A DNA stretch of 64,000 nt from Gallionellaceae bacterium (GTDB lineage Bacteria; Pseudomonadota; Gammaproteobacteria; Burkholderiales; Gallionellaceae), in NCBI GenBank assembly GCA_049582805.1, contig JBAUUR010000012.1, positions 244-64,243 on the forward strand, read 5' to 3'. The translations under genes were made by a program, and so were the position numbers. Shown in pieces: positions 8,752-17,873 of the stretch. Under the pieces are notes generated by a model, which saw only the letters and a program-made list of their open reading frames with translations, was not told the origin of the DNA and ran no database searches. How positions within the stretch are numbered: the first letter of the stretch is position 1; each line of letters starts with the position of its first letter.

Positions 8752-9825
8752 ATGAGCAAATCCCGTCGTTCCCGCACAAAAAAGATCGGTCTTCCGCCGG
8801 GCTCGCTGGTGCACGTCGGCGAGGTGAAGACCGCGCAGGCGGAGTTTTCGCTGATGCGCTATGGCGGCGCGCAACTGACTGAGCAGAGCGCAAACAACCT
8901 TTCCGGGCTGGATCTGCATTGCGGCGGGCCGGACACGCTGTGGCTCAATCTTTACGGCCTGCAGGACCCGGCGCTGATGGCCGAGGTCGGGCGCGCGTTC
9001 AACCTGCACCCGCTGGTGCTGGAGGATATCCTCAACACCGACCAGCGTCCCAAGCTGGACAGCTATGAGGGCTATCTGTATTTCGTTGCGCGCTTCTTCA
9101 GCTACGACAAGGCGACAATGGCGATCGGTTCGGAGCAGGTCAGCCTGATACTCGGCCACAATTTCGTGCTCACCTTCCAGGAACGCAAGACCGGCTCGTT
9201 CGACCCGGTGCGCGAGCGGCTGCGCGCGGACAAGGGCGTCGCGCGCAAATGCGGCGCCGATTACCTGGCCTATTCGCTGCTGGACATCATCGTCGACCGC
9301 TATTTCATCGTGCTGGAACAGGTCGGGGATGACTGCGAGGCGCTGGAAGAGGAACTGCTGCGCAAGCCGACGGCGACGATATTGCAAAGCATCCACAGGC
9401 TCAAGCGCGAAGCCATGGAGTTGCGCCGCGCCATCTGGCCGCTGCGCGAAGTGGTCAATGCGCTGATCCGCAACGACGGCGGCTACTTCCAGCCCGCGAC
9501 CATTCCCTATCTGCGCGACGTGTACGACCACACCGTGCACCTGATCGAGTCGCTGGAGTCGGTGCGCGATTTGCTGGCGGGCATGCTGGACATCTACCTT
9601 TCCAGCATCAGCAACCGCGTCAACATGGAAGTGCGCGCGCTGACCGTGGTCGCCATGCTGTTCATGCCGGCCACGCTGATCGCCGGCATCTTCGGCATGA
9701 ACTTCAAGGCGATTCCCTTGCTGCAGGACCCGGACGGCTTCTGGTTCGCGATGGGCATGATGGCCGCCATCGCGATTACCATGGCGCTGATCTTCTGGCG
9801 GCGGCAGTGGCTGAGCCAGCGCTGA
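8752..9825 (+). CDS. corA: Magnesium/cobalt transporter CorA
   Basis: C-terminal two TM helices with the GMN signature (IAGIFGMNFKAIP). Length 357 aa, with a typical CorA cytoplasmic domain. Confidence 0.9.
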   Translation: MSKSRRSRTKKIGLPPGSLVHVGEVKTAQAEFSLMRYGGAQLTEQSANNLSGLDLHCGGPDTLWLNLYGLQDPALMAEVGRAFNLHPLVLEDILNTDQRPKLDSYEGYLYFVARFFSYDKATMAIGSEQVSLILGHNFVLTFQERKTGSFDPVRERLRADKGVARKCGADYLAYSLLDIIVDRYFIVLEQVGDDCEALEEELLRKPTATILQSIHRLKREAMELRRAIWPLREVVNALIRNDGGYFQPATIPYLRDVYDHTVHLIESLESVRDLLAGMLDIYLSSISNRVNMEVRALTVVAMLFMPATLIAGIFGMNFKAIPLLQDPDGFWFAMGMMAAIAITMALIFWRRQWLSQR

Positions 9826-9860
9826 GCCAGAAATAGTACTTGTCGGTTATCGCGTAACAC

Positions 9861-9972
9861 AGGGTGCGCTTGTGCACCATGGTGCATAAATGCACCCTAC
9901 GACTCACATTCCGGTATGCCCTGTAGGGTGCGCTTGCGCACCACTCGCATTTGGTGCGCAAGCGCACCCTAC
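9861..9972. repeat. Two 'GTAGGGTGCG'-type palindromic repeats in the convergent corA/msrA spacer
   Basis: Perfect 20-bp inverted repeat: gtagggtgcgcttgcgcacc (9923-9942) and ggtgcgcaagcgcaccctac (9953-9972), with a 10-nt loop. An imperfect copy lies at 9861-9900. Likely acts as a bidirectional terminator. Confidence 0.8.
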
Positions 9973-10025
9973 CTTGATTCCAGCATTGGCGCGCAAACGC
10001 ACCCAGCGTTGATTCCAGAAATGAA

Positions 10026-10676
10026 TTACCGGTACAGCGCCGGAAACTGGTCCTTCAGGTGCTCGACCTTGGGCCGGTCGTTGATCAGGATGTAGGGGTT
10101 GTACGGATGCAACTCGGCGAAGTTCTGGTGGTGGGCTTCGGCGGGATAAAACGCGGGCAGGGCTTCAACCCTGGTGACGATCTTTTGCGGATAGACATGC
10201 GCGGCATCGAGCTGGCTGATGTAGGACTCGGCGATGCGCTTCTGCTCGGCGTTCAGCGTGAAGATTTCCGAGCGGTATTGCGTGCCGCTGTCTGGGCCCT
10301 GGCGGTTGAGTTCGGTCGGGTCGTGGGCGACCGCGAAATAGATTTTCAACAATTGGCCGTAGCTGATCTTCGAAGGATCGTAGAGGACCTGGACCGATTC
10401 CGCGTGACCGGTGGTGCCGCTGCTGACCGTGTCGTATTCCGCCGTGTCCGCCGCACCGCCCGCATAGCCGGAAGTGGCGGAGGTGACGCCCTTCACGTGC
10501 TGGAACACCCACTGCACGCCCCAGAAGCAGCCACCCGCGAATACGGCGGTTTGCTGCGACGAAGCCGTGGCGAGGGGCGCATCGCTGTTGGGATTGGGCA
10601 GGCTGGCGGTTTGCCCGTCCGCGCATGCTTGCCCGCACAGCAGGGCGGATAAGACTAAAGTTAATAAATAACGCAC
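10026..10676 (-). CDS. msrA: Peptide methionine (S)-sulfoxide reductase MsrA, exported form
   Basis: GGCFWGVQ active-site motif. N-terminal signal-like LLTLVLSALLCGQACADG. I place the start at GTG 10676, preceded by AAGGAG. The longer listed ORF to 10808 reads through a repeat element. Confidence 0.85.
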   Translation of the reverse strand: MRYLLTLVLSALLCGQACADGQTASLPNPNSDAPLATASSQQTAVFAGGCFWGVQWVFQHVKGVTSATSGYAGGAADTAEYDTVSSGTTGHAESVQVLYDPSKISYGQLLKIYFAVAHDPTELNRQGPDSGTQYRSEIFTLNAEQKRIAESYISQLDAAHVYPQKIVTRVEALPAFYPAEAHHQNFAELHPYNPYILINDRPKVEHLKDQFPALYR

Positions 10677-10730
10677 GGTGAGTCTCCTTTCGTCATGGCG
10701 GCAATCCACACATGGCAGCCTCCAATAGTT

Positions 10731-10796
10731 TGTCATACCCGCGAAGGCGGGTATCCAGTTATTGTTTATGCCGGGTTCCCGCCTTCGCGGGAACGA
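10731..10796. repeat. Pair of IPAFAGMT-type palindromic repeats upstream of msrA
   Basis: gtcatacccgcgaaggcgggtatcc and gggttcccgccttcgcgggaacgac; each is a short hairpin. Confidence 0.75.
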
Positions 10797-10840
10797 CAAC
10801 ACTGTCAACCCTGCGGCACTGGAATCCGGGCTGGAACATC

Positions 10841-12487
10841 CTAGCCGAAGGTGAACGCATACGCTTCCAGTCCCGGCGCATCCGATTCGATTTCCAGCAG
10901 GCTGTTCTTCGGCGTTTTCTGGTCGATCAATTCATACAGCGTGTGGCGCCCGACACTGAGCATACCCGCTGGCGCATCCTTGCCGGCATTGCCGCCGACG
11001 GCTTCGCCATTGAGCTTGAGCGATATACCCACGGGTTTGCCGCTGGCACTGCCGAGCACGAGGAACACTCTGCGCGCCTTGAAGTTGAGGCGCAGCGCAG
11101 CGCCTGCTTCACCCGCGATTATCTTCTGCGTTTCGACTTTCCATTTGCCGTTCAGCGCCCACTGGTTTTCGGCGAGGAAAGCCGGGAAGCGATAGTCGTG
11201 TTGCGCGTCCTGTGCCACGCGTTCCTTGCCGGCGAAACTTTTCGCGCGGTCGTAGCCAAGATAGGTCTCCGGCGTCTGGTCGGACGTGTATGACGGCGCT
11301 TCCGCCTGCACCGCTGCACCCTGCCCTTGCAGTCCGAGCAGGTAGCGGATGTTGTTTTCGGTCACGTCATAATCGCCCTCGCCGAAATGGGTGTAGACCA
11401 CTCGGCCAGAGCGGTCGATCAGGTAGTGCGCAGGCCAGTAGCGGTTATTGAATTTCACCCAGGTGGAAAGCTGGTTGTCCAGCGCCACCGGGTATTGGAT
11501 GCCGTGCTGTGCGATCGCGGCCTTGACGTTGTCGAGCTTCTTCTCGAACTCGAATTCCGGCGCATGCACGCCGACGATCACCAGTCCCTGGTCGCGGTAT
11601 TTCCTGTCCCAGTCGGTGATGTAGGGCAGCGTGCGCACGCAGTTGATGCAGGAGTAGGTCCAGAAATCGATCAGCACCACCTTGCCCTTCAGGCTTTGCA
11701 TGGTGAGCGGCTGCGAGTTCAGCCAGGCTTCGATGCCGGAAAATTCTGGCGCATTGTAGGGATTCTTGAGGCCGTTCTCCAGCACCAGTTCGCCGCGCGG
11801 CGCGGCGGTATTTTTCGGCGAGGAGAACAGCGACTGCGCATCGACGCCGGAGGCGATGAAGGCGACAGATGCCAGTATCAGCACACCGAATGCCCGGCGC
11901 ACCGCTTCGGCGTGTCGGGTGAGGAATCCAAGCTTGTTCATGATTTTTCTCCCGGTCAGAGCGATGATCAGCATCGGCACGCCCGCGCCGATAGCGAATG
12001 AAACGATGACGAGGTCGCCGGCGAGATCGGACTGCTGGCGGATAACCTGCACCAGCACGGCAGCCAGGATCGGCCCCGCGCACGGCGTCCACACCAGCCC
12101 GATCAGCGAGCCGATGACGATACCGCTGCCCAGCCCTTGCCCGCCTGTTCCGGCCACGCGGTTGCCGAAATTCGCCGCGCCTTGCGTCAGTGTGCTGAAT
12201 TTTTCCGAAAGTTTTGAAGAGAGCAGCACCAGGCCAAATAGCGCGAGCAGCACCAGCGACGCATCCTTGATAATGTCGAGGTCGATGCCGAGCAGCGCAA
12301 CGATCTTGCGCGCCAGGATAGCGAACACCGTGAACGCCAGCACGAAGCCGAGGATGATGCCGTAGGGCCTGCGCCTGCCGCCGTCGACCGAGGCCGCCAG
12401 CACCAGCGGCAGCACTGGCAGGATGCAGGGCGAGACGATCAGTGCCAGCCCTTCTAGGAACGCGAGGCCGATGTCGATGCCGTTCAT
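10841..12487 (-). CDS. DipZ/DsbD-like thiol:disulfide electron transporter (CcdA membrane domain + TlpA-like thioredoxin domain + C-terminal domain)
   Basis: MNGIDIGLAFLEGLALIVSPCILPVLP and WTPCAGPIL are the two CcdA Cys motifs. The thioredoxin fold shows FWTYSCINCVRTLP. Start taken at ATG 12487, 2 nt after the msrB stop. Confidence 0.8.
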   Translation of the reverse strand: MNGIDIGLAFLEGLALIVSPCILPVLPLVLAASVDGGRRRPYGIILGFVLAFTVFAILARKIVALLGIDLDIIKDASLVLLALFGLVLLSSKLSEKFSTLTQGAANFGNRVAGTGGQGLGSGIVIGSLIGLVWTPCAGPILAAVLVQVIRQQSDLAGDLVIVSFAIGAGVPMLIIALTGRKIMNKLGFLTRHAEAVRRAFGVLILASVAFIASGVDAQSLFSSPKNTAAPRGELVLENGLKNPYNAPEFSGIEAWLNSQPLTMQSLKGKVVLIDFWTYSCINCVRTLPYITDWDRKYRDQGLVIVGVHAPEFEFEKKLDNVKAAIAQHGIQYPVALDNQLSTWVKFNNRYWPAHYLIDRSGRVVYTHFGEGDYDVTENNIRYLLGLQGQGAAVQAEAPSYTSDQTPETYLGYDRAKSFAGKERVAQDAQHDYRFPAFLAENQWALNGKWKVETQKIIAGEAGAALRLNFKARRVFLVLGSASGKPVGISLKLNGEAVGGNAGKDAPAGMLSVGRHTLYELIDQKTPKNSLLEIESDAPGLEAYAFTFG

Positions 12488-12489
12488 GG

Positions 12490-12978
12490 TTACCCGTGAT
12501 CCGCAATGAAGCGCAGCGCCACGCCGTTGTTGCAATAGCGCAGGCCGGTGGGTTTGGGACCATCGTCGAACAGATGGCCGTGGTGGCCGCCGCAGCGCGC
12601 GCAATGGTATTCGGTGCGCGGGATAATCAGCGCAAAATCCTTCCTGGTCTCGACGTGGCCGGGCAGCACGTCGAAGAAACTGGGCCAGCCGGTGCCGCTG
12701 TCGAACTTGAATTTCGACGGAAACAGCGGAAAATCACAGGCGACGCAAACAAACAGGCCGCTGCGCTCTTCGTGGTTGAGCGGGCTGGTGAACGGCCGTT
12801 CGGTGCCTTCGTCGCGCAGTACGTTATATTGCTCCGGCGTGAGCAGCTTCTTCCATTCCGCGTTGGTCTTGGTGAGCTTTTCGATGCGTTCCGCAGCGAA
12901 TGCCGTCAAGGCAAATCCGGGAACCAGCAGGATGCCGGTTCCGCCTGCCGCCAGTCTGATAAATGTACGTCTGTCCAT
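12490..12978 (-). CDS. msrB: Peptide methionine (R)-sulfoxide reductase MsrB with a Tat-type signal
   Basis: Twin-arginine leader MDRRTFIRLAAGG...AFA. CxxC pairs (CVAC, CARC) and RYCNNG are typical of MsrB/SelR. Confidence 0.88.
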   Translation of the reverse strand: MDRRTFIRLAAGGTGILLVPGFALTAFAAERIEKLTKTNAEWKKLLTPEQYNVLRDEGTERPFTSPLNHEERSGLFVCVACDFPLFPSKFKFDSGTGWPSFFDVLPGHVETRKDFALIIPRTEYHCARCGGHHGHLFDDGPKPTGLRYCNNGVALRFIADHG

Positions 12979-13026
12979 GATATTTGCCTAACAAGTAGAA
13001 TGAGAGTTGGAACCTGGCGCCGGTTG

Positions 13027-13054
13027 ATTCGGCCAATACGCAAAAATAGTTACA
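13027..13054 (-). promoter_or_regulatory. Candidate ECF (SigF/ECF16-like) promoter for msrB-dipZ-msrA: TGTAAC-N16-CCGAAT
   Basis: On the minus strand, TGTAAC (13054-13049) and CCGAAT (13032-13027) are 16 nt apart, about 50 nt upstream of the msrB ATG. My memory of the GTAAC(C)...CGAA consensus for SigF-type sigma factors is not verified. Confidence 0.3.
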
Positions 13055-13058
13055 CGAG

Positions 13059-13598
13059 ATGACGGAACAGACCGCAAACCTGGAAGCGCTGATGCGCCAG
13101 TCGCTGGACGGTGACCAGCGTGCCTACGCCGAACTGCTGCGCGAGACCGCGCGCATGCTGCGGCCGTTCCTGTCAAAACGCTTGAGTTTCGACAGCGAGG
13201 TCGAGGACTTGTTGCAGGAAATATTGATTTCCATCCACAAGGCGCGCCACACCTACGACGGCCAGCGACCCTACAAGCCGTGGGCCTATGCCATCGCCAA
13301 GTTCCGCCTGCATGATTACCTGCGCATGCACTATGCCGACCAGTTGCGCCATGCGGTGGATATTTCCGAACTGGAAAATAACTTGCACGAGGATGTAACC
13401 GAATCCCCCATCAGCTACGAATCCATCAGCGGGGAAGTCCACAAACTCCCCGGGAAGCAGGCTGCCATCCTGCAACTGATGCATCGGGATGGCTACACCG
13501 CGAAAGAGGCGGCGGAAAGACTGGGCATGACCGAGTCCGCAGTGAAGGTCGCGGCGCATCGCGCCTACAAGGTATTGAGACAGAAACTGGAACGCTAA
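13059..13598 (+). CDS. ECF-type RNA polymerase sigma-70 factor (SigF-like)
   Basis: Region 2 (DLLQEILISIHKARHTYDGQRPYKPWAYAIAKFRLHDYLR) and region 4 (LPGKQAAILQLMHRDGYTAKEAAERLGMTESAVKVAAHRAYKVLR). 1-nt TAATG overlap with the next gene. Confidence 0.88.
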   Translation: MTEQTANLEALMRQSLDGDQRAYAELLRETARMLRPFLSKRLSFDSEVEDLLQEILISIHKARHTYDGQRPYKPWAYAIAKFRLHDYLRMHYADQLRHAVDISELENNLHEDVTESPISYESISGEVHKLPGKQAAILQLMHRDGYTAKEAAERLGMTESAVKVAAHRAYKVLRQKLER

Positions 13599-14233
13599 TG
13601 GCAGATATCGAACAACTGGTAGCAGAGCTGGCGCATGACGTAGCAGCGGTGCAACCCGCGCCGCATCCTTACGTGTTGAGCCTGAAATGGATAGGCGCCG
13701 CCGCGGTTTACCTGGCGGTCTCGCTGGCTCTTTCCGGCCTGCGCCCGGATCTGGCGCAGGCGTTGCAACAGCCGTGGTATATCGCCGAGGTCGTCGCGCT
13801 GCTGCTGATCTTTATCGCGACGTCGTTCAGCGCCGCGTTATTGGCGTTCCCCGACCTGCACCAGGAGCGCGCACTGGCATTTGCGCCGGCTGTGATGTTC
13901 GCGGTGTTTCTGCTGGTGCTGCTGCTCGCCTGGCATGCGGACAGTCCACCCGCGCCGCTGCCCGAGCACAGCTTCCAGTGCACGATCAGCATCATTCTGG
14001 TTTCGTTGTTGCCGATGGCATGGACGTTCCACGCCATGCGCAAGTTTGCCAGCACGCATTACCATCTGGCGGGTGCCATTGCCCTGCTTTCCGCGTTCAG
14101 CGTTGGCGCGCTTTGGCTGCGGCTGCACGAGGTCAATGATTCCATCGTGCACGTGGTCGAGTGGCACTACCTGCCGATGCTGGCCTGCGGTCTGGTCGGT
14201 CTGGGGCTGGGCAGGCTGCTGCTGAAGTGGTGA
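13598..14233 (+). CDS. nrsF: NrsF-family (DUF1109) membrane anti-sigma factor
   Basis: Six predicted TM helices. N-terminus IEQLVAELAHDVAAVQP is typical of DUF1109. Translationally coupled to the ECF sigma gene. Confidence 0.7.
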   Translation: MADIEQLVAELAHDVAAVQPAPHPYVLSLKWIGAAAVYLAVSLALSGLRPDLAQALQQPWYIAEVVALLLIFIATSFSAALLAFPDLHQERALAFAPAVMFAVFLLVLLLAWHADSPPAPLPEHSFQCTISIILVSLLPMAWTFHAMRKFASTHYHLAGAIALLSAFSVGALWLRLHEVNDSIVHVVEWHYLPMLACGLVGLGLGRLLLKW

Positions 14234-14281
14234 CGTGGTATTCTTCGTCACGCGGTTGACCTTTGAAACGAGGAAACCAAC

Positions 14282-15145
14282 ATGAGCCAACAAACCGATT
14301 CCCCAATCACCCGGCCACGCAGTGTCGACCGTCTGGTCACCGGGCGCGCGACTTCGGACGGCGCCGGCGTGAAGCTCACCCGTGTGCTCACCCAGGATCT
14401 GCAACGGCGGCTCGACCCATTTCTGATGCTGGATGCATTTCTCAGCGACAATCCGGATGACTACATCGGCGGTTTCCCCGACCATCCGCATCGCGGCTTC
14501 GAGACCGTGACCTACATGATAGCCGGCCGCTTGCGCCATCGTGACAACGGGGGACATGAAGGATTGTTGCAGAACGGCGGCGTGCAATGGATGACTGCGG
14601 GCCGCGGCATCATCCATTCCGAAATGCCGGAGCAGGAGAACGGCGTGATGGAAGGCTTCCAGTTATGGCTCAACCTGCCCGCCCGGGAAAAGCTATGCGC
14701 CCCCTGGTACCGCGATATTCCCAGTGCCGAGATACCCGAGTTCACCACCGCAGGAGGCGTAACGGTGCGTGTCATCGCCGGAACGAGCCACGGCACCGTC
14801 GGCGCGATGCAGCGTCAGGACACGATCCCGCTCTATCTGGACATTCATTTCAGCGCTCATCAAACGTTCAGGCAGTCACTGCCGGATACACACAATGCTT
14901 TCGTCTACGTTTATCGCGGCAAGATCAAGATCGGGGAGGTATCGCTGACGGAACGAAAAATGGCCATCCTGTCCAACGACGCGGGTTCGGATGGCGTCAT
15001 CCTGCACGCCGATGCTCCTGCGCGCGCGCTGCTGATCGCCGGCTTGCCGCTGCATGAACCGATCGCCCAATATGGCCCGTTCGTGATGAATACGCAGCAG
15101 GAAATCAGCCAGGCGGTGATCGATTATCAAAACGGCCGCTTCTGA
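14282..15145 (+). CDS. Pirin-family protein
   Basis: GFPDHPHRGFETVTYM plus bicupin length (287 aa). Confidence 0.88.
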   Translation: MSQQTDSPITRPRSVDRLVTGRATSDGAGVKLTRVLTQDLQRRLDPFLMLDAFLSDNPDDYIGGFPDHPHRGFETVTYMIAGRLRHRDNGGHEGLLQNGGVQWMTAGRGIIHSEMPEQENGVMEGFQLWLNLPAREKLCAPWYRDIPSAEIPEFTTAGGVTVRVIAGTSHGTVGAMQRQDTIPLYLDIHFSAHQTFRQSLPDTHNAFVYVYRGKIKIGEVSLTERKMAILSNDAGSDGVILHADAPARALLIAGLPLHEPIAQYGPFVMNTQQEISQAVIDYQNGRF

Positions 15146-15217
15146 CCGGCTCTTGTTTCGATTGCAATCAGGCCGCGCTACCCGCGCCAGCCCCAATCCT
15201 CCGGTTGACGGATCGCT

Positions 15218-16735
15218 TCAGCTGTGGCTAAGACCGCCTGCCGTAAGACTATTGCTGAACACGCGCGTCCTCGGCAGGCCGAGCCCAAGGAAGAATTGTT
15301 CTGCGACTTCGATCGCGGCTTCCGGCCCGGCAATATAAACGTCGCCCTCCTTCACCTGCGGATTGTTTTCGACCATCGCATGCAACGCACCACGCAGCGC
15401 CTCGGCGCGCTTGTCGGTAAGCATGCGCAGATCGTAACCGGTAACGATGGAAGAAAAATGAAAGTTGTCCAGGGCATCCATCCACGAACGGCCCAGATTG
15501 CGCATGTACAGGCTGTCCTCGTCTGAGGCTATCCAGCACAGGTTGATCGTTTCCGCGGTATCCAGCGACATCGCATGTTCAATCAGGCTTTTGATTGGCG
15601 CAAAGCCGGTGTCGAAGGCGATGAAGTAAAGCGGGCGCGCCGTTTTCTCCTGCAGAATGAACTCGCCGTTCGGCCCTTCGATTTCGACCAGGTCATTTTT
15701 CTTGAGGCGGTTGAACAGGTAATCGGCAAACAGGTTGCCGGGCATGCGGCGCACATGGAACAGCAGGTTGCGGTCATCGCACGGGCAACTGGCAATCGGC
15801 AGCTCGGCGCTGAGCGATTGTCCCAGGCGTAAAGAAACGCTTTGCCCGGCGAGGAATCGCAGACGCCGGGTGCGCGGTGTCTGCAAGTGCAATAGCGCCA
15901 TATCCGGTGCCAGCAGCCCAATGGATTTGACACTGGCCGTGACCTGTTGGAAGGGAATGTCCTGCACGCTGCCGGCCACCGGCGCCTCGATCTCCACATC
16001 AGTAACCGCGGTGCAGGAGCACATCAGTGCATGGCCCTGATCCTTCTCCGCCTGCGGAATCACATAATCATGGTGGCGCACTGTCTTGATCTGCCCCGAA
16101 ACCACGCGCGCCTTGCACAGGCCGCAATTGCCGCCGCTGCAGCCGTAGTTGAGCGGAATGCCGGCGCGCAGCGCGGCTTCGAGCAGCGTGTCGTTGCCAT
16201 CAACGAAGAAATCATGGCCGCTGGGCAGCAAGGTCACATGCGCCGACATCACGCGCAGAACGTTGTCCCGTACCGCCAGCGGATTGGGGTAGTCCGGCTG
16301 CATGGCAGCGGTGATCTCGTTCTTCATCCAGGTTTTAAAATTGTTCACGATGGTTTTGTCCTCCACATGGCAACTGCCTTCGATCTCGCTCAACTTGTTC
16401 TGCAACCGGTCGAGCAGCGTATTGAAATGCATGATCCGGGTTTGCGCGCCGGAAAGTTCCCGGCTCATCTCGGTGACGCGCGCGGCCAGAACTTCCACAT
16501 CCGGCATGGCGCGTTCGAATACGCGTTTGCCGAAAGCCCGTTCCTTGATGTGGACAACGCGGGCGTATTCCCCGTTGTCTTCCAGTTGTGCATTCGGATA
16601 CGAGGCAAGCAGGTCATCCAGGTTGATGAAGCCGTCGAACGAGGGCAGTTTGCCATCCCGGATTCTCTTCTGCAGTTCATTGCGCGTCACGCCAACCAGA
16701 CGCGCGGCTCTTGAAAGACTGATGGATTGTGTCAT
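15218..16735 (-). CDS. Fusion protein: N-terminal HTH (MerR/excisionase-like) + linker + plant-type 2Fe-2S ferredoxin + FAD/NAD(P)-binding ferredoxin-reductase module
   Basis: LSRAARLVGVTRNELQKRIRDGKLP (HTH). CSGGNCGLCKARV...MCSC (2Fe-2S). RLRFLAGQSVSL, GPNGEF, YFIAFDTGFAPIKSLIEH, DVYIAGP (FNR-like). Confidence 0.7.
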   Translation of the reverse strand: MTQSISLSRAARLVGVTRNELQKRIRDGKLPSFDGFINLDDLLASYPNAQLEDNGEYARVVHIKERAFGKRVFERAMPDVEVLAARVTEMSRELSGAQTRIMHFNTLLDRLQNKLSEIEGSCHVEDKTIVNNFKTWMKNEITAAMQPDYPNPLAVRDNVLRVMSAHVTLLPSGHDFFVDGNDTLLEAALRAGIPLNYGCSGGNCGLCKARVVSGQIKTVRHHDYVIPQAEKDQGHALMCSCTAVTDVEIEAPVAGSVQDIPFQQVTASVKSIGLLAPDMALLHLQTPRTRRLRFLAGQSVSLRLGQSLSAELPIASCPCDDRNLLFHVRRMPGNLFADYLFNRLKKNDLVEIEGPNGEFILQEKTARPLYFIAFDTGFAPIKSLIEHAMSLDTAETINLCWIASDEDSLYMRNLGRSWMDALDNFHFSSIVTGYDLRMLTDKRAEALRGALHAMVENNPQVKEGDVYIAGPEAAIEVAEQFFLGLGLPRTRVFSNSLTAGGLSHS

Positions 16736-17048
16736 GGCATCGTTTCAATCCTGATGCTGGAGAATATTTATGGTGATGACTATAGCAGCGGGAAACCCTA
16801 TCTTCAACGCGGGCTGATAATGTGAAAGATTTCAAAGCTCGGCACGCCTCCGCAACGAGGGCCTGATATTGCTGGAAAAAGCCTGGCAAATAAACCCCAC
16901 TGCAGACGCGGAATCAAGGCCAGATGAGCCTGCGCCGTAGATATGCCGCCAAACGGTCGGAACAAGCGGACTATCGTATTTTTCTGGCATGCCGCATTGA
17001 AGCACAAGCTGGTAAAGTAGCGCTAAATGGTACAATACAAATTCTGTT

Positions 17049-17510
17049 ATGAAGAAGATCACCAATATTTTGGCCGTGGTAGCCATCACCGCGTGGGTCG
17101 GCGGTATGTGGGGCATCGGGTATCTGGCAGTACCGGTGTTATTCCGGACATTGCCGGATAAAATGCTGGCGGGGTTGCTGGCCGGCAAGATGTTCACCCT
17201 GGTCGCCTATGTCGGCATGGTCAGTGCCTGTTATCTGCTGCTCCAGCAGTTGGCCACATCCGGTAGCGCGGCACTTCGGCTCACGGCTTTTCGCGTCGCG
17301 GGCGTTATGCTGCTGCTTACATTGGTCGGGCAATTCGGCCTTCAGCCGATCATGGCAGACTTGAAGGCCCAGGCCTTTCCCGAAGACGTCATGCACAGCG
17401 TTTATGCCGGCCGCTTCGACACCTTCCATCATGTGGCCAGCGCACTTTACGTGGTACAAAGCCTGCTGGGCATCGTGCTGGTGCTCAAAGCAAAAATCGA
17501 TAGCGCTTGA
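17049..17510 (+). CDS. DUF4149-like integral membrane protein
   Basis: Four hydrophobic helices. N-terminus ILAVVAITAWVGGMWGIGYLAVPVLF. Confidence 0.55.
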   Translation: MKKITNILAVVAITAWVGGMWGIGYLAVPVLFRTLPDKMLAGLLAGKMFTLVAYVGMVSACYLLLQQLATSGSAALRLTAFRVAGVMLLLTLVGQFGLQPIMADLKAQAFPEDVMHSVYAGRFDTFHHVASALYVVQSLLGIVLVLKAKIDSA

Positions 17511-17645
17511 TTCAAACCGATCAAGCGGATGGTTCGGAAACAGGATGCGTTATTCCCGGACTGAACTGGCAAGACCGCGTGCGAACCGGCAAGTCAGCTC
17601 GAACTGCCTGATTTGATGTACTGTATATCATTGAAGGAGGCAAAT

Positions 17646-17843
17646 ATGAAATTCGCCATACTGATGCCTGTCCTGCTGGCTTCCATGATTTTGGCCGCGT
17701 GCGGGAAAGAGAATGATCACCACGATGCGCCAAAGTTGTTCGAGGATCAGCGCGCCATGCTGGACAAGGCGAAAAATGTCGGCAACACGCTACAGCAACA
17801 GGCGGATGAACAAAAAAAAGAACTAGACCAGCAATCCCAGTGA
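17646..17843 (+). CDS. Small lipoprotein (65 aa)
   Basis: MKFAILMPVLLASMILAAC lipobox, with GAAGGAGG 6 nt upstream of ATG 17646. The listed ORF start at 17613 is unlikely. Confidence 0.6.
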   Translation: MKFAILMPVLLASMILAACGKENDHHDAPKLFEDQRAMLDKAKNVGNTLQQQADEQKKELDQQSQ

Positions 17844-17873
17844 CAAATCCTTCCGGGTCACCATTGTGCATTT

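Noticed and set aside
10677-10808. N-terminal extensions in the ORF track: msrA to 10808, dipZ-like to 12604, htpG to 21675, GNAT to 22243, EamA to 26841, PilT-like from 28898, hpnD from 33091, OMF to 48439, mdtC to 51693, DUF3501 to 59155, EncFtn-like to 59501.
   Set aside because: The extensions read through repeat elements or the preceding gene, and they lack family-typical sequence. Internal ATG or GTG codons with Shine-Dalgarno-like sequences, or ATGA-type coupling, give products that begin where homologues begin.
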